Positions 51,955 to 61,884 of a stretch of DNA of 64,000 nucleotides are shown piece after piece. The DNA lies in assembly GCA_937864235.1 (NCBI GenBank), contig CALMJI010000006.1, forward strand, positions 113 through 64,112, read 5' to 3'. Every line of letters begins with the position of its first letter. Position 1 is the stretch's first letter. A program made the position numbers and the translations under genes. Under the pieces are notes generated by a model. The model ran no database searches. It saw only the letters and a program-made list of their open reading frames with translations, and was not told the origin of the DNA. This stretch comes from an uncultured bacterium (GTDB lineage Bacteria; Patescibacteriota; Minisyncoccia; SW-4-49-11).

Positions 51955-52145
51955 CATCGTAGGGCTTTTATCACCTGTACTTTATAAAGACTATTTATTG
52001 CGGGCGACAAAAGGTCGCCCATACAAGAAAGCACTGTCCTCCTTTGGAGGAGGTGGCACGAAGTGCCGGAGGTGGATTAAATTTAATACTACATCTTATC
52101 CAACCTCTCCCTACGGGTACTCCCTCCAAAGGGAGACAAAAACAC
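51955..52145. repeat. REP-like palindrome cluster
   Basis: GGGCGACAAAAGGTCGCCC; TGTCCTCCTTTGGAGGAGGTGGCAC..; CGGGTACTCCCTCCAAAGGGAGACAAA. Confidence 0.85.
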
Positions 52146-52228
52146 AATTTCGCACAAACTCACACATCGCTCCGACCTTCAAGTCCCAAAAACAGTCCAA
52201 ACGGACTGTTGATTTTTTAATTTATTCT

Positions 52229-52316
52229 TGGTACTAGGAGAGGGACTTGAACCCTCACAGTGTTTAATCACCAACGGATTTTAAGTCCGTCGCGTCTACC
52301 ATTCCGCCACCCTAGC
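52229..52316 (-). tRNA. tRNA-Leu(TAA)
   Basis: Loop CTTAAAA, variable arm, CCA. Confidence 0.95.
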
Positions 52317-52399
52317 TATAAGGTAAACCTATTGTACCCTATTTTGGAGAATTTAGCAAGACAAAATAATCATAAATTTATTTTTATATATTACCCCAA

Positions 52400-52415
52400 T
52401 GTTCCACGTAGAACA
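52400..52415. promoter_or_regulatory. parS site (1 mismatch)
   Basis: TGTTCCACGTAGAACA. Confidence 0.75.
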
Positions 52416-52417
52416 TT

Positions 52418-52804
52418 TTAGTCAAGACCTTCTAGAATATTAGGGTAAAACTTTATCCAACTTTTTTTACAACAATTATCCACAATACAGGTGATCGCAT
52501 CGATAGTAATATCCATATCGGTGTATTTCTGCTTCTGGACATATAATTGAGCTCCTAGCTTGAGATGACTAACTTTCCTCGGTGTAATATTATATATCGG
52601 AAAATCCAAGTTATCCCCAAGTTTTCCACATTTATACACAGTCTTTACCTCTATAATGTGAATAACTCTATCCTTAGTAGCCACAATATCCAATTCTGAT
52701 AGCTTACCCAGTCTCACATTTTGATCTATAATTTCAAAGCCTTTAGATATTAAAAGTTTAGCCGCCAACCTCTCGCCCAAACTACCTTTATTTTTTGTAT
52801 CCAT
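52418..52804 (-). CDS. yraN: YraN family (UPF0102) putative endonuclease
   Basis: KGSLGERLA, ELDIVA, IIEVKT. Confidence 0.9.
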   Translation of the reverse strand: MDTKNKGSLGERLAAKLLISKGFEIIDQNVRLGKLSELDIVATKDRVIHIIEVKTVYKCGKLGDNLDFPIYNITPRKVSHLKLGAQLYVQKQKYTDMDITIDAITCIVDNCCKKSWIKFYPNILEGLD

Positions 52805-54044
52805 ATCTTTTAGTATAGCATTCTATAGAAAAAATTACTACCAATATAAAAACCCCTATGGCTCCGATTTCACTTAATAACAAAAGAAATATATTATGTA
52901 CTGGCTCATACTGCCATATTTCTCTATTATCTGACAAATTACCAACATATTGCCCCAACCCAACGCCAAGCCATAAATTAGCATATATCATATTGGCTGC
53001 ATCTTGTATATAAACCCCTCTTTTTACAATAGTTTCTAAAATTTGCTTATATGGCAAAATCCATAAAAACAAAATTCCAGCTATGGCAATAGAATTTATT
53101 ATCAATCTTGGTAAAGATTTTAATTTATTTTGAAATTGTTCCACGTGGAACATTGATTTTTTATATACTATTGTCAAATAAATAAAATCTAGGAATAAAA
53201 GTAGTGCCAGAGCTATTTTTGAGAAACTAAGTATTATTATAATATGGAGAATAAAAATAAAAATTTGACGAAGAATTTGGGAAAATTCTATATTTTTACT
53301 AGATATTAACTGGAGTCCGGTAAATAAACTCAATACAAGAGCCTGTATAGAAGTCAAAATATAGTGATCCACAAACCCTAAAAACACAAGCGACACAATG
53401 TATACCCAGATAGCTAGCTTTTTCTTAAATTCTTTAGCATATAGTAATATCAAGGCTAAAACTCCAGCAAAAGCCAAGATATTTGGATGCGGAAAGGTGC
53501 CATATCCTCGAATGATCACATTGTCCAATATACTAACTTTTGCGACTCCAGCAATCTCAGGAGATAAAGTAGGCTCTACTACTACTGGTAAGCCTGTATT
53601 GCTTTGGAACCATACTTGCGTTATCACAATTAGAGCCTGCCCCAGCATACCAATAATAAATCCTTTAGCAATATAGCTAATTTCTTTTTGGAAGGGTTTA
53701 AAACTCCTTATATACCAAGTTATCCCCACCAACAAATATACTCTCAAACCCCAAAACCAACTTATCAAAGGATATTTAGCCCATATCAACTGAAAAAATA
53801 TCCAAAGAAGCAAAGTTATCCATAACTTATCCACAATTTTTTGACTGCTAAGTGGAAATCTTTTGGTTTGCCAGAATAGATGAGCAAATATCAAAAATAA
53901 AACCAGATCTAGACTATGTAGATATATAGTCGTATAAGGCAAATTTATATTTCTAATTGTATAACTAAAGAGAGTAGTTCTTATTAAAAAAGGAAAGCCT
54001 ACCCCTATTATGATATATATAAATAATTTAATCTTATTCCACAT
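52788..54044 (-). CDS. O-antigen ligase family membrane protein
   Basis: RGYGTFPHPNILA, SFSK, GVGLGQY, EPVHNIFLLLLSEIG. Confidence 0.88.
   Translation of the reverse strand: MWNKIKLFIYIIIGVGFPFLIRTTLFSYTIRNINLPYTTIYLHSLDLVLFLIFAHLFWQTKRFPLSSQKIVDKLWITLLLWIFFQLIWAKYPLISWFWGLRVYLLVGITWYIRSFKPFQKEISYIAKGFIIGMLGQALIVITQVWFQSNTGLPVVVEPTLSPEIAGVAKVSILDNVIIRGYGTFPHPNILAFAGVLALILLYAKEFKKKLAIWVYIVSLVFLGFVDHYILTSIQALVLSLFTGLQLISSKNIEFSQILRQIFIFILHIIIILSFSKIALALLLFLDFIYLTIVYKKSMFHVEQFQNKLKSLPRLIINSIAIAGILFLWILPYKQILETIVKRGVYIQDAANMIYANLWLGVGLGQYVGNLSDNREIWQYEPVHNIFLLLLSEIGAIGVFILVVIFSIECYTKRYGYKK
53137..53152. promoter_or_regulatory. parS site (inside CDS)
   Basis: Perfect palindrome TGTTCCACGTGGAACA, encodes MFHVEQ. 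Confidence 0.8.
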
Positions 54045-54212
54045 TTCTTTTCTTTGTATATATTCAGTCCTTGCCAGTAATCAGAGAATAATATATATTT
54101 ATATATATGTGTGTGTATTTAATATAATCATATCATATTACATTTTGTGGATAACTTGTGTAAAAACTCTATTTATCCCCAAGTTTTCCACAATTATTAT
54201 TAAGTTTTATTT
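54045..54212. other. Probable replication origin: AT-rich tract plus four DnaA boxes
   Basis: TGTGGATAA 54146, TGTGTAAAA 54157, TTATCCCCA 54173, TTTTCCACA 54184; AT-rich 54088-54140; more boxes at 52476, 52611-52640, 53720, 53816-53835. Confidence 0.68.
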
Positions 54213-55199
54213 ATGTCTAATAAAAATATAGTCGTTATTGGTGGGGGCACAGGATCTTTTACCGTTTTATCTGGATTAAAATTATTTAACAATCTAAACC
54301 TTACGGCCATAGTAAATATGGTAGATAATGGAGGCTCTACCGGTAAATTAAGAGATGAGCTCGGAGTATTGCCTCCAGGAGATATCAGGCAATGTTTAGT
54401 AGCCTTAGCTGAATCACCTGAAATTCTAAGACAATTATTTAATTATAGATTTGACTGTGGAGAATTAACTGGACATAATTTTGGAAATTTATTTTTATCA
54501 GCATTAGAAAAGATTACAGGCAATTTTGAAGAAGGGATCAAAACTGCTAGCGACATATTGTCTATTAAGGGGGAGGTCATACCCGTCACTACAGACAATA
54601 TTAATCTATCTATAATCTTACAAAATGGGACAAAGTTATTAGGTGAAGCTAGAATTCATGATTCTCAAGAATATTTACAATATCCAGTCAAAGAATTGCA
54701 ATTAATACCCAAAGCTAAACTCAATCCTAGAGCAAAAGAAGCTATTATGGAAGCTGATAGTGTAATTATCGGGCCAGGATTGTTTTATGGCAGTTTATTA
54801 CCCAATTTAATAGTCCCAGGGATGAGTGAAGTATTAGCCAAAACTGAGGCTCAGATTATTTATAATGTAAACCTGATGTCTAAAGTGGCTGGACACAAAC
54901 AATGGTCAGTAGAAGAACATATTAGACAGCTCAATAAATTTATAGGAGCTGAAGTCATAGATATAGCCTTATACAATACTACTAAACCTGATCCAAAATT
55001 GGTAGAAAAGTATAAAGAAGAGGGAGAACCCGTTGTCAAGGCCAATAAATCTAATAAAGTGGGCAAAACCACTCTAATCGGAGATGATTTGATAGCTGAT
55101 GGTATATTTGTAAATCCTAACAAAAAAGACCCTCTCAGAAGAACTCTTATACGCCATGACCCTCTCAAATTAGCCGAAGCCTTGTATAGGTTAATTTGA
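54213..55199 (+). CDS. yvcK: YvcK/GlmR (CofD-like, gluconeogenesis factor) protein
   Basis: GGGTG, DNGGSTGKLR, PPGDIR, GHNFGNL, RHDP. Confidence 0.93.
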   Translation: MSNKNIVVIGGGTGSFTVLSGLKLFNNLNLTAIVNMVDNGGSTGKLRDELGVLPPGDIRQCLVALAESPEILRQLFNYRFDCGELTGHNFGNLFLSALEKITGNFEEGIKTASDILSIKGEVIPVTTDNINLSIILQNGTKLLGEARIHDSQEYLQYPVKELQLIPKAKLNPRAKEAIMEADSVIIGPGLFYGSLLPNLIVPGMSEVLAKTEAQIIYNVNLMSKVAGHKQWSVEEHIRQLNKFIGAEVIDIALYNTTKPDPKLVEKYKEEGEPVVKANKSNKVGKTTLIGDDLIADGIFVNPNKKDPLRRTLIRHDPLKLAEALYRLI

Positions 55200-55247
55200 T
55201 TATAAATTATAAATTATAAATTGAGAATTAAGAATTCTGTAGCTTGC

Positions 55248-55451
55248 ATTTTGTCTCCCTTTGGAGGGAGTACCCGTAATATACTGAAAGTCTGGAAAAG
55301 AGGTAGGGAAAACGGGAGTTTTCCCGTGGAGGAAGGTTGGGAAACCGTGAGTTTTCACAGGAGCAAATCCTATTTGAGACCGGGGGAGTGTGGATAGAAG
55401 GTAGATTGAGAGGACATATTACTGCTCGTAGTAGCGACCTTTCAGTCGCCT
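55248..55451. repeat. REP-like palindrome cluster
   Basis: TTTGTCTCCCTTTGGAGGGAGTACCCG; GGGAAAACGGGAGTTTTCCC; GTAGTAGCGACCTTTCAGTCGCC. Confidence 0.8.
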
Positions 55452-55533
55452 GCGTCTTTATACCTAAATTTTTACACCCTATACAAACAACGTCTCAAAA
55501 GACTTGCAATTTAATCCATAATCTGTTATTTTA

Positions 55534-55794
55534 ATGCCGATGTGTACTGTTCTTTTTATGAAAAATTCATTTCTAAACATTACCTCGGTAACACAAAGCT
55601 GGATTAACGCTACTTTATCTGAGTTATATGTAATTCCAATATTGGCAATAGTTCACGATGAATTAAGAGAACAGCTAGAGAGTAAAATTCCATATAAAAC
55701 TTTCATAAGGTTAAGAAGGTTGAAATATTCATTATTAGGAAATCTAGATACAATGAGACCTTACATTTTAACTACAAGATCTCAACCACTATGA
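55534..55794 (+). CDS. Small hypothetical protein (true start possibly 55540 or 55558)
   Basis: ORF with TTGCAA-17-TATTTT promoter and terminator CCCAC..GTGGGTTTTT at ~55864-55884. Confidence 0.45.
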   Translation: MPMCTVLFMKNSFLNITSVTQSWINATLSELYVIPILAIVHDELREQLESKIPYKTFIRLRRLKYSLLGNLDTMRPYILTTRSQPL

Positions 55795-55889
55795 TAGTTT
55801 CGGTATAATCATCTGTAATATAAGTAGCGGAGAGTTTATCCCTCCGCTACAAAAAATTCATCTCCCACACAATGTGGGTTTTTTATTAT

Positions 55890-57698
55890 TTATTTTCTAT
55901 TAGACCTTTTTCGTTCATTAGAATCTAGGATTCTCTTACGAATTCTAAGGCTAAGTGGAGTAACTTCCAATAATTCATCATCCGCTAAATACTCAATACA
56001 GGCCTCTAGAGACATATCTTTTGGTGGAGCGATAAATATACCGTCATCTGAACCAGAAGCCCTCATATTGGTCAATTTTTTAGCTTTGACGGGATTTATT
56101 TCTACATCCTGCTCCCGATTAGACTCTCCCAAGACCATTCCTGGGTAAACTTCTGTACCATCAGGCACAAAGAATACCCCTCGATCAGAAGCCCCATCTA
56201 GTGCATATTTGGTGATTTTACCAAGTTCTAGAGACACAATAGACCCTGTAGATCTACCCTTACCGCTAGACATTCTTGGACCATATTCTAAGAAGGAACT
56301 ATTCATAATCACTGTACCCTTAGATAAAGTCAATAAAACACTTCTTAATCCAATCAAATTCTGAGTAGTAATCTTATATTCAATATGAGATTCATTATGC
56401 TCATTAATCTCCATATTTACTAGCTCTCCTTGTCTTTTATTGACAGCTTCGATGATTTTACCGCTATATTCTTCTGGCACATCTAAACTTAATAACTCAT
56501 AAGGCTCTTCTACTGTACCATTATACTCTCTCAAAATAACCTGAGGTCTACCTACTGAGAATTCATAACCCTCTCGGCGCATAGTCTCAATCAAAACCGC
56601 CAAATGAAGTTCTCCACGACCAGCCACCAAAAATTTATCTGGACTATCCGTATCCTCAATTCTCAAGCTAATATTAGTCTCTTGCTCTTTGTATAATCTA
56701 TCCCTTATCATTCTAGAGGTAGAATATTTACCTTCTTTTCCTGAAAAAGGACTATCGTTAATTGCAAACATCATCTGCAAAGTAGGGCTTTCCACCTCTA
56801 CTGGAGGGATTTGTACCGGGTTCTGAGCATCTGCGATAGTATCTCCAATCTCAATATCGGCAATTCCAGCAATAACCGCTATATCTCCAGCCACAATTTC
56901 TGTAGCTTCAACTAACTCCATACCATTGTATTTGAGTAAGCTAGTAATAGTATTTTTAGTCTGATTTCCAGCCTTATCTATTCTCACTACTGACATACCT
57001 TTGACTATTTTCCCAGCATCAATTCTACCTACAGCCATAGTCCCTTTGAACTTATCAAATTGTAAATTCAAAGTAAGCATACGGAAAGATTCTTCAATCG
57101 GAGAAGTAGGAGCTGGAATTTCGTTGATAATAACCTCGAATAATTCAGTCAAATCTTTACCAGTTTGATCCATCTCCAGAGAAGCTGAACCATTAATAGC
57201 AGAAGCATATACAATCGGGAAGTCTAATTGCTTGTCATTCGCATTCAAAGTCACGAATAAATCGAAAGTTTTATCCACTACAGCATCTGGAGTTGCATCA
57301 GGTCGGTCAATTTTATTAATAACTACAACAACGCGAAGACCCAGAGCCAGAGCTTTTTTGAGCACAAATTTAGTCTGAGGCATTGGACCTTCTTTGGAAT
57401 CTACCAATAACAGAGCCCCATCAGCCATTTTGAGCACTCTCTCTACCTCACCACCAAAATCAGCATGGCCAGGAGTATCAATCAAGTTAATAGTATAATC
57501 CTTATAAGTAACCGAAGCATTCTTAGCTCTAATGGTAATCCCTTTTTCTCGCTCCAAATCCATAGAATCCATCACCCTCTCCTGCACCGCCTGATTCTCT
57601 CTAAAAATCTGAGTTTGATGTAAAATAGCATCCATCAAAGTAGTTTTCCCATGATCAACATGGGCAATAATAGCCAGATTACGGATATGTGAATTCAT
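55890..57698 (-). CDS. typA: Translational GTPase TypA/BipA
   Basis: [42 protein letters not shown]. Confidence 0.98.
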   Translation of the reverse strand: MNSHIRNLAIIAHVDHGKTTLMDAILHQTQIFRENQAVQERVMDSMDLEREKGITIRAKNASVTYKDYTINLIDTPGHADFGGEVERVLKMADGALLLVDSKEGPMPQTKFVLKKALALGLRVVVVINKIDRPDATPDAVVDKTFDLFVTLNANDKQLDFPIVYASAINGSASLEMDQTGKDLTELFEVIINEIPAPTSPIEESFRMLTLNLQFDKFKGTMAVGRIDAGKIVKGMSVVRIDKAGNQTKNTITSLLKYNGMELVEATEIVAGDIAVIAGIADIEIGDTIADAQNPVQIPPVEVESPTLQMMFAINDSPFSGKEGKYSTSRMIRDRLYKEQETNISLRIEDTDSPDKFLVAGRGELHLAVLIETMRREGYEFSVGRPQVILREYNGTVEEPYELLSLDVPEEYSGKIIEAVNKRQGELVNMEINEHNESHIEYKITTQNLIGLRSVLLTLSKGTVIMNSSFLEYGPRMSSGKGRSTGSIVSLELGKITKYALDGASDRGVFFVPDGTEVYPGMVLGESNREQDVEINPVKAKKLTNMRASGSDDGIFIAPPKDMSLEACIEYLADDELLEVTPLSLRIRKRILDSNERKRSNRK

Positions 57699-57922
57699 AT
57701 AATTGTATAGTTAAAATATAAGTAGATTTGTATAATTGAATTATTGTACCTGAATATTGATAAAAAAGCAAATATATAAAGCAAAATAACCTTTTTTATA
57801 AAAAATGTCAATTATTGACAAGTATAGAAATGTATTGTAAAATAATATTCTGCTTAAGCAAGTAAAGACAAATTATACGTATATCTAAAAGGGAGCGCTT
57901 AGCTCCTTTTGTATTTATTCAA

Positions 57923-57938
57923 TGTTCCACGTGGAACA
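57923..57938. promoter_or_regulatory. parS site (intergenic)
   Basis: TGTTCCACGTGGAACA within 20 bp perfect palindrome 57921-57940. Confidence 0.85.
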
Positions 57939-58058
57939 TTTTTTAATCCGCCTACCAGCAATTAAACATTGGGTGGAGAGGAATTTAGCTAGCACCCCCA
58001 TCTTAGACAAAAAACCTAAAATACTCTATACTAAATCTAAACTTATAATCTTAAATTT

Positions 58059-58646
58059 ATGAAAACTTTACACAAAATCATTATTTGGCTCACTTATAGT
58101 AGTCCTGTGCTATTCTTACCGTTATTTTTCCTCAATATATCTGAGCGAAGAGATTATGGTAAATTAGCAGGAACTTTAGCTTTAATTCTTTTTATAATTA
58201 CTCTTATTCCTAGTATGATTAGACGCTTTGGTTTGGCTAAAGAATTCAACCTGCTAATCAAGCTAATTTTACCAGTTAGGAGACAATTTGGAATTTTGAT
58301 GTTTGTAGCTGCTTTTACACATTATCTAGCTATGAAAGTAATCCCTACTTTGCAATTTAGCCTACCTCCATCTCTACCACCTTATCAGGCCTTTGGGCTA
58401 GTGGCTCTAATATTCTCTTTTGCCTTATTTATAACCTCCAATAATTGGGCTACCCGTAAGCTCAAGTCCAATTGGAAAAGACTACATCGCCTCACTTATG
58501 TAATTGGCTGGCTGATTTTTGGGCATGTTTTATTAGGTGGACTCAGATCCGAAAGCGAAATCTCCCTACAAGCTATTGTAATCGGAGTAGTTATGGTCTT
58601 AGAAGTCGCTTCTCTTATCAAAGCCAGGGTGAATGTGTTGGGTTAA
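58059..58646 (+). CDS. Ferric reductase-like transmembrane protein (MsrQ-like)
   Basis: RRQFG, ITSNN, WKRLHRLTY, heme His residues. Confidence 0.88.
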   Translation: MKTLHKIIIWLTYSSPVLFLPLFFLNISERRDYGKLAGTLALILFIITLIPSMIRRFGLAKEFNLLIKLILPVRRQFGILMFVAAFTHYLAMKVIPTLQFSLPPSLPPYQAFGLVALIFSFALFITSNNWATRKLKSNWKRLHRLTYVIGWLIFGHVLLGGLRSESEISLQAIVIGVVMVLEVASLIKARVNVLG

Positions 58647-58927
58647 AGTTTTCGTAAATATCTTAACTTTAAAGCCCAAACAAGAAGGTTAGCAATAAAT
58701 ATAATTGATGATATAAACATAAATAGAATATCTTTTAATATAAAAACTCCATATAAAAATGAAACACCTGAAGACAATGTCCATAATGTGTATGACATCA
58801 AATTAGCAGTATCTTCTTTATCAAGTGATAAATCTTTTATTGTTGGCCAATATGCAATAATATTAATAACAGCAGTAGCTCCATAGCAAATTATTAGTAT
58901 TTTTATAAATATCTGATATAAATCCAT
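58643..58927 (-). CDS. PQ-loop/SemiSWEET-like small membrane protein
   Basis: 3 TM, YWPTI motif, YG..KD. Confidence 0.7.
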   Translation of the reverse strand: MDLYQIFIKILIICYGATAVINIIAYWPTIKDLSLDKEDTANLMSYTLWTLSSGVSFLYGVFILKDILFMFISSIIFIANLLVWALKLRYLRKL

Positions 58928-58979
58928 TTTATTTGGGTTAAGTTATATGTCTTATTATATAATATATTTACCTAAAACT

Positions 58980-59611
58980 CTACCCTAGATGAGAATGGTC
59001 ATTCCAAGTGACTATTTTCCAAAAGTTATTAATTTCATCATATTCCATCCAAACTATTCCTGTATTACTCAGAATAAAGTTATTTTCAACAATAATAGCT
59101 TCTCTTGGCGTCACCTCAAATCCAAAAAGGCAATACCATAGCAGACAATGTAAGAAGTTTTTATGTGTCACCACCACAATATTATCCTCTGTCATATTTT
59201 CCAAAAATTCAAAACACTCCTTAGCTCTCTGCCTCAAGTCTGTAAAATTTTCTTCATCTGAGTATTTCCATTCTACCCCCCCCCCCAATTATCTTTAATC
59301 TCCTTATCTATGGCCATTAATTCTGGTATTGCTTTACTTTGATTTTCTTGAATTGAGGGTCTTTTTCTCTCTCTGAACAGTTGACTTTCTATAATATCTT
59401 TCCCCGTTACTTCTGAGATATATTTAGCGGTTTGCTTAGCCCGGATATAATTACTACTGATAATAGTGTCAACTTCAATATTATTAAATCTATCAGCGAT
59501 CAACTCAGCTTGTTGTAGACCATTTTCAGATAATAAAGTTTGAGCAGATTGATAAACTCTCTCTTTATTACCTTCTGACTCACCATGCCTTACAAAATAT
59601 ATATTTTTCAT
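58980..59611 (-). pseudogene. Histidine phosphatase family protein frameshifted at a G11 tract
   Basis: RHGES N-half (59273-59611) and VVTH..SNTG..WNDHSHL C-half (58980-59288); C11 at 59276-59286; G9 or G12 restores frame. Confidence 0.85.
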
Positions 59612-59701
59612 TATATAAACTATTATTCTAATTTATTGTATCAAATTGATTCTTAAAATTAAAGTGATTATACCACTAATAACAAAACTGGTTTTTGAAA
59701 A

Positions 59702-60757
59702 TTAGTCTTCTTTTAACTCATTTAATAATCTTTTGATATTCTTTTTAATATATCTATTTAGATTTTCCATACCAATGTCAAAATTGTCATCACTAACAAT
59801 AGCTTGTATTCGTTCTAATTTTTGAACTAATTCCTCTATATTTACTTCTTTTTCTTTTACCTCATCTGTGCCACGATTATATACCTTATAACCTTGAGCC
59901 CTTTTGACATCTCCAGCAAGAGATCTTATAAGATTCATAACTTCAGTTTCAATTGTAGATTCTACTAAATTTCCTATAATTTCTCTGGTATCTACTCCTG
60001 AAGCAATAAAATTATCTTTATTTTTAGATATAATTTGAGCAATTGAGTCTACAAAAGACTCTATGTCTACTTTCTCTACAGCCTCTATCTTTAATTTAAG
60101 TTCAGTTAATAAATTTCCTAAATCTTCTGTCGGGACTACACTCATCAAAATATTTTCTTGAGGTAAAAGAACTTCTGGCTCTGCAAGCTTTCTTTTTGCT
60201 TTCATTTGATCATATATATTTTCGCCTTCTCTTCTTATATTTACTTTTTGTGAAGATTCCAAACTATTAGTAGCTCTCCAAAAATCATCTCTTGTCTGAA
60301 TTAAAGTATAATCAATATTATATCTTTCACATAAATTTCGAATTTGCGATTGAAGTTCTGCTAATTCAGTTTTATATTGCTCAATATTTCTTCTCCTGTT
60401 TACAATGTCGCTCTCTTCATAAATTGCAAACTGTTTTCTGCCCGACACATATTTTGAAGAATATCCTGAGATACTTTTAGTTTCATCATCAATTTCAACA
60501 TCAGTATGTACCGCATAACCTATATGTTGCTCCTCTGGTACAGACATAATAATCATTCGTCCAGTCTCTCCGTCTTCAATTTCAGTTTTACTTTTACTAC
60601 CTTTTCTTTTAGATTCATCTGTAGCCCATTCAAAAGAATATATCAAGTCAGCTGATACAGTAGCTCTGCCTTCTTCGGCTTTAAAACCCTCATTTTGAAT
60701 TTTTTCAGCATCTTGTACTGAGCTAGTACCATGAGTGATGAACTCTGGAGACTTCAT
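59702..60757 (-). CDS. Hypothetical protein with possible ADP-ribosyltransferase-like N-terminus
   Basis: FITHGTSS..KIQNEGF..ATVSADL; coiled-coil C-terminus. Confidence 0.75.
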   Translation of the reverse strand: MKSPEFITHGTSSVQDAEKIQNEGFKAEEGRATVSADLIYSFEWATDESKRKGSKSKTEIEDGETGRMIIMSVPEEQHIGYAVHTDVEIDDETKSISGYSSKYVSGRKQFAIYEESDIVNRRRNIEQYKTELAELQSQIRNLCERYNIDYTLIQTRDDFWRATNSLESSQKVNIRREGENIYDQMKAKRKLAEPEVLLPQENILMSVVPTEDLGNLLTELKLKIEAVEKVDIESFVDSIAQIISKNKDNFIASGVDTREIIGNLVESTIETEVMNLIRSLAGDVKRAQGYKVYNRGTDEVKEKEVNIEELVQKLERIQAIVSDDNFDIGMENLNRYIKKNIKRLLNELKED

Positions 60758-60791
60758 ATCAAATTAAAAATTAAATTTTGTTCATTTACTG

Positions 60792-60864
60792 TGGACCTGA
60801 CTGGGATCGAACCAGCCACCTCCTCGGTGCAAACGAGGCGCTCTACCATATGAGCTACAGGCCC
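60792..60864 (-). tRNA. tRNA-Ala(TGC)
   Basis: Loop TTTGCAC, G3-U70 acceptor pair. Confidence 0.95.
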
Positions 60865-60924
60865 TTGTGTAATTACAGAGTAGAGTATATCAAATTTGGT
60901 TTATTTATGCAAGGGGAGTGTAAA

Positions 60925-61005
60925 TTGTAGGGTGAAAGGGTGTTTTCGTAGTAGAGGGTTTATCCCTCCAATTCCATAGATAAAACCTTTCAGTCGCCCC
61001 TACAA
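60925..61005. repeat. GTAG-type REP-like cluster
   Basis: GTAGTAGAGGGTTTATCCCTCC; CCTTTCAGTCGCCCCTAC. Confidence 0.7.
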
Positions 61006-61051
61006 ATACACGGCATCCCTACTTGCTCTATAAGACACTTCTTTTTACACC

Positions 61052-61471
61052 TTATTCTTCGTGCTCTGTCTCATCAGCCTCGGCTTTGGTCAAATGCACA
61101 GTGCCAAAAGGGTGTTCTGGTTCTGCATAAATAGAATATAATTGCAAAGGCTCAGAGCCGATATTAATTATATTATGATACATCTCAGCAGGGACATGCA
61201 CAGAATACCCATCTTCAATATCTTTTACAAAATTCAAATCATCCTTTTTTTGCCCCATATAGACCTTTCCTTGCCCTCGGTCTACTCTTATGAACTGTTC
61301 TATATTATGATGGGCCTCAAGCCCAATTTCTCCACCCACAGGGATAGACATCACTGTCACTTGCATCTTATCTCCCGTCCAAATAGTCTGGCGATAGGAT
61401 TGATTCTCGATTACCAACTCTTCTAGATTAAATACAGCTGGTTGTTTTCCCTTATCTTCAATCATTTTCAT
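61052..61471 (-). CDS. Cupin domain protein
   Basis: GEIGLEAH, QFIRV..G.G, HNIINIG, LYSIYA.PEH. Confidence 0.92.
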   Translation of the reverse strand: MKMIEDKGKQPAVFNLEELVIENQSYRQTIWTGDKMQVTVMSIPVGGEIGLEAHHNIEQFIRVDRGQGKVYMGQKKDDLNFVKDIEDGYSVHVPAEMYHNIINIGSEPLQLYSIYAEPEHPFGTVHLTKAEADETEHEE

Positions 61472-61600
61472 AGTAGTAATGATTAATATTACACTTGCAT
61501 TATATACCTTGAGAGGGTATTTTGTCTATGTGGGGGTAATTCTTATTGACATTTTAATTATGCTTTGGCATACTATTAATATTCACTTGCACCTTCAGTT

Positions 61601-61765
61601 ATGATCTTTGATGAAGAGTATGTTATCAGTGTTTTCAGAGATTTATTTGAAAGATGTTATATACTCGAAATGGAACCTCGCAAAATTGAATATTCGTCAG
61701 AAAAAACATATCTAGAAGCATATGAAGCTTGGTATCATAGCGTCTATTTACCAAGTATGGGGTGA
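61601..61765 (+). CDS. Small hypothetical protein (54 aa)
   Basis: MIFDEEYVISVFRDLFERCYILEMEPRKIEYSSEKTYLEAYEAWYHSVYLPSMG; TTGACA-17-CATACT (61546-61574) and terminator ~61784-61808. Confidence 0.55.
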   Translation: MIFDEEYVISVFRDLFERCYILEMEPRKIEYSSEKTYLEAYEAWYHSVYLPSMG

Positions 61766-61884
61766 ATGCCACAATCAAATCTCAGACCAGCCCAGTGGCT
61801 GGTTTTTTCATTGATAGGGATATAATTTTTAAAATAGGAGACTTCGCTGATATTAGTTTTTTAGTAAAAGATTTACATCTACCT

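Noticed and set aside
55337-55534. 65 aa ORF
   Set aside because: Overlaps the repeat cluster and a promoter
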